64,000 nucleotides of DNA, from IMG/VR virus record IMGVR_UViG_3300042398_000969, positions 32,001-96,000 of that record; one strand, 5' to 3'. The DNA is from a virus. The notes beneath the pieces were generated by a model, which had not been told where the DNA came from, did no database searches, and was given only the letters and a program-made list of their open reading frames with translations. Position 1 is the stretch's first letter. Each line of letters opens with the position of its first letter. Positions 56,558 through 64,000 of the stretch are shown one piece after another. A program made the translations under genes and the position numbers.

Positions 56558-59062
56558 TTAGTAAGTTCCGCCATCGATGACTGTTGAGAAAACTAAGCCA
56601 CCGTTTGAATTTTTATAACCTAAGATTCCATCAAGCACATCTTCAGTTTCTGTTGTTGAAACAAAACCAACAAGATTGTTTGAGTTTCTGAACATAATTG
56701 CAGATGTGTTAGAATTTGTATCGGTTCCACCAGAGTATGATAATGTGAAATTACCACTTACTAAAGTATCACCGTTATCAGAATTAATTGTGAATTTATT
56801 TGTATTAAGTGCTAATGTTGTTCCACTATAAGTTAATAAACTATCACCAATTGTATTGTTTGATGTTGCAATAGGGAATGTTCCAGAAGTTAAACTATTT
56901 TCAGAACCATATGTTCCAGCAGTTGTACCAATAATTTTACTTGACTGACCGCTTGAAGAAACAAACATCCAATAATCGCGTAATGAATCCCAAAGTAATG
57001 AACCAGATGCTCCACCAGATCCTGAATCATATGCTGCTAATCCAGCATATTGTTGGAATGGAGAGTATGCATTAACTAATATAATGTTGTCACCAATTTC
57101 AACTGTGCTTGATTGTAAGCTTACGTTTGTTGCTGTACCTAAAACTTCTAAGTTACCAGAAACATATAAGTTAGCTCCTAATTGTGTGTTACCAGTTACT
57201 GTTAGTACACCATTTACTGTTAAATCTCCATTACTTGTAAAGCCATTAGCTGTTAATGAACCTGAAGTTCTGATATCACCATCAGCGTTGTCAACTTCAA
57301 ACTGACCACCACCGATTTGTAAAACTGTACCGTTATATGTTAATCCACTGTAATCAACTAATGCGCCGCCAGCACCAACACCAACAATTCTATTTTGTGT
57401 TAAGTCTTCAACAACTGAAGAAGAAACCGTTGCAACACCATCAACATTAATTGTTGATGAGAATTGAGCCGATCCGCTAACCCCTAATGATCCTGTAACA
57501 TCTAATGAACCAGTTACTGTTGTACCGCTTTTAACTATTAATGAGCCTGTTAATGTTGTATCACCTTTAACATCTAAAGGACCAGCTACGTTTGCTGAAC
57601 CACTAAGATTAAATGAACCAGTTACGGTCGCACCACCCTTAACCAATAATGAACCTGACATTCTTGTGTCACCACTCATGATGTCAACCTCGAATGCCCC
57701 AGCTCTTAATGTAACTTCATCATATGTCAAATATTGGCTATCACCAACTAATCCGTTAGGGCCAGCTACTAAAACTCTATTGTCTGTTAATTGATCATTA
57801 TATATTGAACCAGTTACTTGTAATGAAGAACTAATAATTACACCGTTTACACCAACAAGTGTTGCTGTTTGTGCATAATTATCTATTTTTAAATAATTTG
57901 TATCATCACCGAAGAAATTTAAATCTGCATTACCCACAAGATGAATATCTGTATAACCTGAAGGTCCTGCACTATTATAAATTTCAAATAATCTAGAGTC
58001 ATTTAAATCGGGTTTCAAATATAATGAACCAGTACCTTGAATGTTTGTTACTTCAAGAGCACCAGATAAATTTAAATTACCATTATCAAAAGTTAAACCA
58101 CTATAATTTGTTAATAAACCATTGGTACCAGCAACTACTAATCTTTTTTCTGTTAATGCATCATTATAAATTGAACCAGAAACAACCACGTTGTCTCCGC
58201 CACCTTGACCTAAGAAAGATGAACCACTAACAACCAAATCTTGGAATACTGTGATACCGCTCAAACTAATTGTTCCTGCGTTTAATGTTCCAACATTTGC
58301 TGTTCCAGAAACATGTAAATCTCTCCACGCTTGGCTTGGAGCACCTAAATCAAAAGCATTATTAACTTCAGGTAAAATTGATGAACTAACTTCACCTTGG
58401 AAAACAACCAAATCACTTGTTTGATTACCAATGAATATATTTCCACCTAATGTTACATTACCTGTTAAATCAATAGAACCAGTTTGAATGATATTACCAC
58501 TAATATATAAATCACCGTCTAATCTTGTTGTTCCGGTAACATTTAATGTTCCACCAGTTAATGTACCAACATATGCATTGCTACTTGTTAATGCAGTAAT
58601 ATTACTATTTGTACTAGTAAACGTTACACCAGTTAAATTTAAAAATTTACCGTTACTACCACTGATTGAACCAGTAATTGATGTTATATCAGCGTTACTA
58701 CCAGTTAAAGAGTTAATTGTAACCCCAGAAATGGTGTTACCCTCGATGTTACCAGTAAGGTCTATTTTTGAGTTACCTGCTTGACTAAGAATATAGAGAG
58801 ATTTATTACCAGAAGCATAGAATGGTGTACCATCAAGTACTGAACCATATGAACCAACTGTAATAGTTGGTGCCGCCGCTCCTTGGTAAATCTTAGAAAC
58901 TGGTCTATATGCACCAGCCACACCTTCTGTTTCACCAACAAAAAGGAACGGTCCATTTAGATTTCCTATCGATCCAGTTGCAACAACAAGTTCACTGATT
59001 CTGGCTGTAACATCCTTTAATTGGGTTATACTACCTCTTCTCTGTTTAATTATTTGTGCCAT
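56558..59062 (-). CDS. Tail fibre/baseplate-associated beta-repeat protein
   Basis: MAQIIKQRRG N-terminus, (V/L)TGS repeats, LT..R.V.AG..G.L repeats, C-terminal IDGGTY. Confidence 0.75.
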   Translation of the reverse strand: MAQIIKQRRGSITQLKDVTARISELVVATGSIGNLNGPFLFVGETEGVAGAYRPVSKIYQGAAAPTITVGSYGSVLDGTPFYASGNKSLYILSQAGNSKIDLTGNIEGNTISGVTINSLTGSNADITSITGSISGSNGKFLNLTGVTFTSTNSNITALTSSNAYVGTLTGGTLNVTGTTRLDGDLYISGNIIQTGSIDLTGNVTLGGNIFIGNQTSDLVVFQGEVSSSILPEVNNAFDLGAPSQAWRDLHVSGTANVGTLNAGTISLSGITVFQDLVVSGSSFLGQGGGDNVVVSGSIYNDALTEKRLVVAGTNGLLTNYSGLTFDNGNLNLSGALEVTNIQGTGSLYLKPDLNDSRLFEIYNSAGPSGYTDIHLVGNADLNFFGDDTNYLKIDNYAQTATLVGVNGVIISSSLQVTGSIYNDQLTDNRVLVAGPNGLVGDSQYLTYDEVTLRAGAFEVDIMSGDTRMSGSLLVKGGATVTGSFNLSGSANVAGPLDVKGDTTLTGSLIVKSGTTVTGSLDVTGSLGVSGSAQFSSTINVDGVATVSSSVVEDLTQNRIVGVGAGGALVDYSGLTYNGTVLQIGGGQFEVDNADGDIRTSGSLTANGFTSNGDLTVNGVLTVTGNTQLGANLYVSGNLEVLGTATNVSLQSSTVEIGDNIILVNAYSPFQQYAGLAAYDSGSGGASGSLLWDSLRDYWMFVSSSGQSSKIIGTTAGTYGSENSLTSGTFPIATSNNTIGDSLLTYSGTTLALNTNKFTINSDNGDTLVSGNFTLSYSGGTDTNSNTSAIMFRNSNNLVGFVSTTETEDVLDGILGYKNSNGGLVFSTVIDGGTY

Positions 59063-59107
59063 CTTACGTGTTTAATTGTTTTATTTATATAAATACTTTA
59101 TTTTTAA

Positions 59108-59899
59108 TTAGAAAAATCCATCTCCACAATCAAGAACACTAATTTGTGCTCTATCTGATAATGCTCCAAGATTCTCTATTTTCAATTGTGCTCTAACCAA
59201 TTGTGCACCTATCTCATTTTTAACTATGTTCATTGCACCAGACACAATAAGGGTATCAAGATTCGGATCATTTGGTTGTCTCAATGTTGTTGTACCGTCC
59301 ACAATTAAATCACCTTTAATTCTCATTGAACCAGTAACTTGTAAATCGTGAGTTGTTGCATAAAATGAACCAGTTTGTCTAAATATACCAACATTATTGA
59401 TTAATGTTGCTACCGAACTTGAGTATTGCTGTAAATCTGGTTGTAGAACAATTATTGATTCGTTTCCTAAAGGTCCACCAATCCATCTATCATTTGTACT
59501 ATCCCATAAAAGTGATCCAGATATAGTATTTGGGCTGGTAACATCTTTTACCATTAAACCACCATAAGCGGCTTCACTACCATTTAACTCAATTACATTG
59601 TCACCAATAGACACAGTAGTTGAATTAACAGCTGTTGTTGTTCCTTTTACTAATAAATTCCCTTTAACTGTTAAATTGGACCCTGTTGTTTCTATTGCTG
59701 CTTTTAACGATGCGCTATAGAGATTTAATTGAGCAGTACCTGAGTTCTCAATATATTGTTGAAGGGTTTGTCCAGAAATAAACAAGTTATCGGCATATAC
59801 CGAATGTAAAGCCCCAGAAACCGCACCTAAATCTATTACCGATCCGGATGGGACTGTTGCTGTGTCAATCTGTAACCAATTAATTTGTTGTAATGCCAT
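59108..59899 (-). CDS. Virion structural protein related to the fibre family
   Basis: IGDNVIELN...GSLLWDS module shared with the fibres; ends LDCGDGFF. Confidence 0.7.
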   Translation of the reverse strand: MALQQINWLQIDTATVPSGSVIDLGAVSGALHSVYADNLFISGQTLQQYIENSGTAQLNLYSASLKAAIETTGSNLTVKGNLLVKGTTTAVNSTTVSIGDNVIELNGSEAAYGGLMVKDVTSPNTISGSLLWDSTNDRWIGGPLGNESIIVLQPDLQQYSSSVATLINNVGIFRQTGSFYATTHDLQVTGSMRIKGDLIVDGTTTLRQPNDPNLDTLIVSGAMNIVKNEIGAQLVRAQLKIENLGALSDRAQISVLDCGDGFF

Positions 59900-59949
59900 G
59901 TAAAAAGTAAAGTCTTTTACATAAATACTTTTATTATAGTTCTTGGCAT

Positions 59950-59979
59950 AAAAAAAGGGATTTTTTTTAAATCCCTTTT
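59950..59979 (-). terminator. Rho-independent terminator
   Basis: Stem AAAAGGGATTT/AAATCCCTTTT with flanking A/T runs, after the glutaredoxin stop. Confidence 0.65.
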
Positions 59980-59987
59980 AGTTTTTT

Positions 59988-60260
59988 TTAAATATACTTT
60001 CTAATTTTCTCAATTGCTTCCTCTTTTGAGTTAAAATCTCTACCGGCAACAAAGATTGGCCCAGATTCTGTTTCCGGATTTTGTAAATAAACTGTTGGTA
60101 ACGCATCTTCTTTTGTAACCTCTGTTATCGCTTTGTACAAATCTCTAAATTTATTAATTTCAAATTCAGTATATTGTATACCTTGTTTTTTTAATTCCTC
60201 TTTTAGAGTTTTACAATGAGAACAACCATCTAATGTGAAAATATTGACAGTATAAGCCAT
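59988..60260 (-). CDS. Glutaredoxin-like protein
   Basis: IFTLDGCSHC, LPTV cis-Pro motif. Confidence 0.8.
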   Translation of the reverse strand: MAYTVNIFTLDGCSHCKTLKEELKKQGIQYTEFEINKFRDLYKAITEVTKEDALPTVYLQNPETESGPIFVAGRDFNSKEEAIEKIRKYI

Positions 60261-60261
60261 T

Positions 60262-60567
60262 TTATAAATCGTTTAAAATATCTTTATAGAAAGAGTCTGA
60301 GTTGGCACCAGTTGATCTGTTTATTAAATCCTCACCTTTATAAAAAATGATAGTTGGAACAGATCTAATACCAGCTTCAACCGCATGTGGCATATTTTCA
60401 TCCACATCTATTGAAACAAATTTTACATTAGGGTAATCGCTTTGTAATGCTGCTAATCTTGGCATAAGTGACTTACAAGGGCCACACCATTTAGCGAAAT
60501 AATCCACTAAAATTGCATCCCCATTTGATTGTAATTGTTTTAATTGTTCTGATGTAATGTTTTCCAT
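60262..60567 (-). CDS. trxA: Thioredoxin
   Basis: DYFAKWCGPCK, IDVDE, IRSVPT. Confidence 0.9.
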   Translation of the reverse strand: MENITSEQLKQLQSNGDAILVDYFAKWCGPCKSLMPRLAALQSDYPNVKFVSIDVDENMPHAVEAGIRSVPTIIFYKGEDLINRSTGANSDSFYKDILNDL

Positions 60568-60570
60568 ATT

Positions 60571-61638
60571 TTAAAATCCTATTTTTGATCCTTTATTTTT
60601 TGATGATTTATGAACTTCAACGTCTATATTATATATATCAGCAAGTACCATTCCTTCCTCTGAAACGTGATCTTTTTCTAAATGTTTTAATAAATTGTTG
60701 GTTTCGTCTATTGATAATTTTTCGAACTTATGTTCAGCAATTAATCTACCTTTTCTAAGTAAAGCTTGATCAATTTTTTCTTTTTTCATGTTGAAAGTAG
60801 CAATTACCTGAATATTAAGACAGTCACCAAGAATACCATCGGTTAGGTTTAATATATTAGAAACACCCGCTGGAGACCCGTTACCTTCTCTATCTGATAT
60901 CACTCTTTCAGCATCTTCGATTATTAGAATACTATTTCTGTGATCCATTAAGAATGGAATAAAACTAGGTTCAGATAACATCTCGGCCATTGATGGTGGA
61001 ATAAATAAAATAACTTTATCCTTAATTAATTTGGTTAGATACTTTATGTATGATGTTTTTCCTGTTCCCGGATCTCCGTGAAGTAGAATAATACCCTTAT
61101 CGTTTGGTTTATTTAATCTTTCAATAATAACATCATGAACTTTAGTAAATTCTTCACCATAATTTAATGTCAAGTCCATATCGGGAATCTGTAAATCATA
61201 TTCTTCTGTATCCATATGACCCATTTCACTTTTAACTAAATTAATATTAGCTTTTCTTTTTTGTCTCTCAAAAGTTTTAATTTCCTCTAAGTTTATTTGT
61301 TCACCCAATTCACCTGAAAGTAAATTATATAAAAACTCAAGACTAACTAAATCATTTTTACTTTCATTTCTTGTTGAAATGTCAATAAAAATATTTTTAT
61401 CTTGATTGATAAGTACTGTTTCCCATGAGCTTTCGCTTCTTCTAGAAGATGCTACTCTAACTACCTCAACAAATCCCGTTTGTTTTAGATGATCTATGAT
61501 TTTAGGATCATACATTGTTTTATTAGTAAATTTTGATGGTACAGCATCAAAGTGTGTTAAATACAATTGTTCACATGGTATATCATTACCATATGATGTT
61601 TCGTAAACAACAAAATTATGTGGGAGTTTCATCTTCAT
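60571..61638 (-). CDS. AAA+ ATPase
   Basis: Walker A GDPGTGKT, Walker B LIIEDAE, LNLTDG, ALLRKGR. Confidence 0.9.
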   Translation of the reverse strand: MKMKLPHNFVVYETSYGNDIPCEQLYLTHFDAVPSKFTNKTMYDPKIIDHLKQTGFVEVVRVASSRRSESSWETVLINQDKNIFIDISTRNESKNDLVSLEFLYNLLSGELGEQINLEEIKTFERQKRKANINLVKSEMGHMDTEEYDLQIPDMDLTLNYGEEFTKVHDVIIERLNKPNDKGIILLHGDPGTGKTSYIKYLTKLIKDKVILFIPPSMAEMLSEPSFIPFLMDHRNSILIIEDAERVISDREGNGSPAGVSNILNLTDGILGDCLNIQVIATFNMKKEKIDQALLRKGRLIAEHKFEKLSIDETNNLLKHLEKDHVSEEGMVLADIYNIDVEVHKSSKNKGSKIGF

Positions 61639-61675
61639 GAATCTAATATAACGGAAAAAAATTGATTTTCAAAAA

Positions 61676-61969
61676 TTAATTCATACAAATTCCTGGGTAG
61701 TCATCTAAAAATAAAAATAATTTATCATCACTATAGAAAACCCTCTGTTTGCTAATTGTTGTTGCTAAAGCAGCAACCCTTAATAACTCAAACTGTTCTT
61801 TGGTTAATTCTGGTTGTCCGTTTGTTTCAAAATTTTTTTCAGAAACGGTTGTTAATTGTCTGTAAAATTCATCAACATCAGATTCACCAATGAAATATTT
61901 GCTGGCTTCTTCGTTTGTTTTTAAAAAGCTTTTTACTTTTTGTAAATAAACTAAAATCTCAGTATCCAT
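61676..61969 (-). CDS. Hypothetical protein
   Basis: 97-aa ORF tightly packed downstream of nusG. Confidence 0.65.
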   Translation of the reverse strand: MDTEILVYLQKVKSFLKTNEEASKYFIGESDVDEFYRQLTTVSEKNFETNGQPELTKEQFELLRVAALATTISKQRVFYSDDKLFLFLDDYPGICMN

Positions 61970-61970
61970 T

Positions 61971-62495
61971 TTAATATACTTTTGAAATTTGATCTAAATT
62001 AACTTCAACTGAGGTATCTCTACCAAACACCTTTACATTCAATTGAACCTTCTCGTTTTTTATTGAACCAATAACTCCATTAAAAGATGAAAAGGGACCT
62101 TCAGTGATAACTACGTTTTCCCCTGAAATAAATTTAATTGATTTACTTTCCTTGTGTTTTTCTAAACTATCATCCTTTAATATCTTTTCGATATCATCCT
62201 CTCTCATTCTTCTAGGTGTTTTATCACCTAACATTCCCATAATAGAAGGATTCGCAGCAACCGTTTTTAATTGATCATCAGTTAAGGTGTTTTCAGATTC
62301 AAAATAAAGATAACCATTGTATATGACCTTTTCTCTTAATGTTTTCTTCTTTCTAACTACAACAAATTCTTTCTCCAATGGACATACGAATCTATTAATA
62401 AACCCTATTTTACCCATTGTTATTTGCGTATTAAATTGCTCAGATAATTGTCTTTCCTTACCCGGCATAACCTTTATTACATACCATTTAGACAT
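61971..62495 (-). CDS. nusG: Transcription termination/antitermination factor NusG family
   Basis: NGN domain (KWYVIKV.PGKE, YNGYLYF) plus KOW domain (GENVVITEGPFSSFNGVI...VKVFGRDTSVEV). Confidence 0.9.
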   Translation of the reverse strand: MSKWYVIKVMPGKERQLSEQFNTQITMGKIGFINRFVCPLEKEFVVVRKKKTLREKVIYNGYLYFESENTLTDDQLKTVAANPSIMGMLGDKTPRRMREDDIEKILKDDSLEKHKESKSIKFISGENVVITEGPFSSFNGVIGSIKNEKVQLNVKVFGRDTSVEVNLDQISKVY

Positions 62496-62618
62496 AAAAA
62501 TAAATTTAAGTTGTTAATATTGATAAATATATACCAATTTTATTAACACTAATATATGGTTTTTTTGGTAAAATACAAAAATATTTGTTTTTTAAATTTA
62601 AATTATTTATATTATATC

Positions 62619-62771
62619 ATGGGCTGTAGTAAATGTAAAAATAAAAACGAAATTAAAGACGAATTTATGGCTAAGGCTAACTTCTTTGAGAAGGTTGGTA
62701 TTGCTATATTAGCCATTTTATTAATCCTATCTAGCTATGGGATATATTCCTTAATTCAAAAAGTAATATGA
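62619..62771 (+). CDS. Small CxxC membrane protein
   Basis: MGCSKCK...one hydrophobic helix. The start at 62619 is preferred over 62556 because TATATTA lies just upstream. Confidence 0.55.
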   Translation: MGCSKCKNKNEIKDEFMAKANFFEKVGIAILAILLILSSYGIYSLIQKVI

Positions 62772-63451
62772 CCGATAAACCAAAGCACAAATACTCAATT
62801 ATAGTAATGCTACAGGATCCTGAAAATCCTAAATTGTGGGTAAGAAAAAAGGTTTTATATTCAACCAATAAAAGAACTACAATACATGAAAAATGGAGAG
62901 AATGTAAAACTCAAGTTAAGCCATTATATTGGGCTGAAAATAGAGGTAGATCTAGGGCTAAATTAATTTTTAAACTATTATTAATTTATCCTAGAAATAG
63001 GTGGACAACAAATGACATTTATCAAGAAAGAGATGAGTTGGGTAGATTAGAGGATGTTAAACTAGATCCAAAGGAGAATCCTTATCAAGTAATTAAAGAA
63101 AGTATGAAATGGTGGGAGCCGGAAAAAATATATGATGCACAACAAAAGAAACATATATTCTTTGAGGAAATGCTAGAAATAGTAAGTAATATAAAAGAGA
63201 ATGGAACAATATATACTTTAAATAATAAAGTGATTATTCAGGTGGATAATGATGTGTGGTTATATCAAAACAAAAATGTGAATGACACAAAAAGATTATT
63301 TTTTCTTTTAAGAGAACAAATTTATAAGAAGGGAAAAACAAATTTTATTTTTAATAATCCAACAACGGTAGCATTCAAGAAACAGCTATATGATATGCTG
63401 GAAGGTATGGGATTCAAGAGGTCTGAGCTGCTTAGACATTATTCATATTAA
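62768..63451 (+). CDS. Hypothetical protein
   Basis: 227-aa ORF with an ATGA overlap to the upstream gene. Confidence 0.75.
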   Translation: MTDKPKHKYSIIVMLQDPENPKLWVRKKVLYSTNKRTTIHEKWRECKTQVKPLYWAENRGRSRAKLIFKLLLIYPRNRWTTNDIYQERDELGRLEDVKLDPKENPYQVIKESMKWWEPEKIYDAQQKKHIFFEEMLEIVSNIKENGTIYTLNNKVIIQVDNDVWLYQNKNVNDTKRLFFLLREQIYKKGKTNFIFNNPTTVAFKKQLYDMLEGMGFKRSELLRHYSY

Positions 63452-63671
63452 AAACAATATTAAGATTTCCAATCTTAACATTAAATGTATCTTTAGGAAA
63501 TCCGGTTGTGAATCTTACCTTGGATTGTACAATTTTATAAATTCTATCAAACTCTTCTTTAGATACTTCAATAACAATAGTTTGGCTTACAGAAACTAAA
63601 TTACATTTCTCTATTAAGTCTGATACAATAGCTAACTGATTAAATAAGTCACCCCTTTTTTCCATATCCAA
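63432..63671 (-). CDS. Hypothetical protein
   Basis: 79-aa ORF convergent with 62768..63451. Confidence 0.6.
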   Translation of the reverse strand: MDMEKRGDLFNQLAIVSDLIEKCNLVSVSQTIVIEVSKEEFDRIYKIVQSKVRFTTGFPKDTFNVKIGNLNIVFNMNNV

Positions 63672-63852
63672 AAATTATTAATATCTTATCCCAAATAGAT
63701 ATTTTCTTTTTTGGTTTTATTGCAAACATTTCGGTCTTATCTAAGGACTTAATTTCTTTTACCAGATTTTTTTTGTGGTTCTGGATCTCCGTCTTGTCCT
63801 TCTCCATCTCCTTCGATAGCCAATCCAATCCCTGTTGAATCCTCTTGCTCAT
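63649..63852 (-). CDS. Hypothetical basic protein
   Basis: 67-aa ORF overlapping both neighbours. Confidence 0.55.
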   Translation of the reverse strand: MSKRIQQGLDWLSKEMEKDKTEIQNHKKNLVKEIKSLDKTEMFAIKPKKKISIWDKILIIFGYGKKG

Positions 63853-64000
63853 TGTTTTCTAAAAAATTAATATCTTTTAATTTATCTAATGATTCATTTC
63901 TGAATAACGTTTCAAGTTCTCTAACCTTTTCTTTAAATAATCTATCCTTCTCTTCTAGTTCAATGTTATATTTGATTATTTCAGTTGCACAAGATCTAGC
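63749..64000 (-). CDS. Partial coiled-coil hypothetical protein (5' end beyond window)
   Basis: Open frame ...IKYNIELEEKDRLFKEKVRELETLF...KKSGKRN*. Confidence 0.6.
   Translation of the reverse strand, partial: ARSCATEIIKYNIELEEKDRLFKEKVRELETLFRNESLDKLKDINFLENNEQEDSTGIGLAIEGDGEGQDGDPEPQKKSGKRN

Noticed and set aside
35060-58784. Numerous plus-strand and alternate-frame ORFs inside fibre genes (e.g. 37715, 38006, 44549, 45127, 49630, 50482, 57084, 58488), including His/Pro-rich ones
   Set aside because: They are fully nested in long minus-strand genes and explained by Gly/Ser/Thr codon bias; none shows an independent motif.
1-64000. Stop-codon reassignment, as in some large phages
   Set aside because: Genes are full length and tightly packed in the standard code, with TAA, TGA and TAG (e.g. 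18236, 8953) all used as stops.
1-64000. tRNA, rRNA or IS elements
   Set aside because: Intergenic gaps are short and AT-rich with no cloverleaf seen by eye, and there is no transposase or integrase ORF; tRNAscan/Infernal were not run.

Overview
AT-rich window, almost entirely minus-strand and densely coding in the standard genetic code. It is most consistent with a large (jumbo/huge) tailed phage, possibly of a Bacteroidota-like host; this is an inference, and no capsid, terminase or polymerase gene lies in the window. In transcription order (right to left) there are four blocks. (1) ~60-64 kb: small hypotheticals, NusG, an AAA ATPase, thioredoxin and glutaredoxin. (2) ~33-60 kb: about 18 fibre/appendage genes, including Ser/Thr/Gly-rich trimeric-fibre-like proteins, one with an S74 chaperone, C1q heads and a Gly-rich/LamG protein. 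They are built from shared modules, and many are preceded by a TATTTAT motif. (3) ~2.4-33 kb: a ~30 kb tailoring-enzyme island with GT7/GT2/DxD glycosyltransferases, seven twitch/SPASM radical SAM enzymes, five SGNH proteins, a carbamoyltransferase, an APS kinase with a nucleotidyltransferase, two sulfotransferases, methyltransferases, 2OG-Fe(II) oxygenases, and a circularly permuted ATP-grasp fused to a Hint domain. (4) 1-2329: another Ser/Thr-rich fibre with a cupredoxin-like motif, truncated by the window edge and absent from the ORF track. The best candidates for new biology are a phage-encoded virion-fibre glycan/peptide decoration system, the ATP-grasp-Hint enzyme with its neighbouring 37-aa ORF, and a C-terminal K-[LFM]-[IL] motif shared by unrelated enzymes of the island. 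All family calls come from motif recognition by eye; no searches were run.
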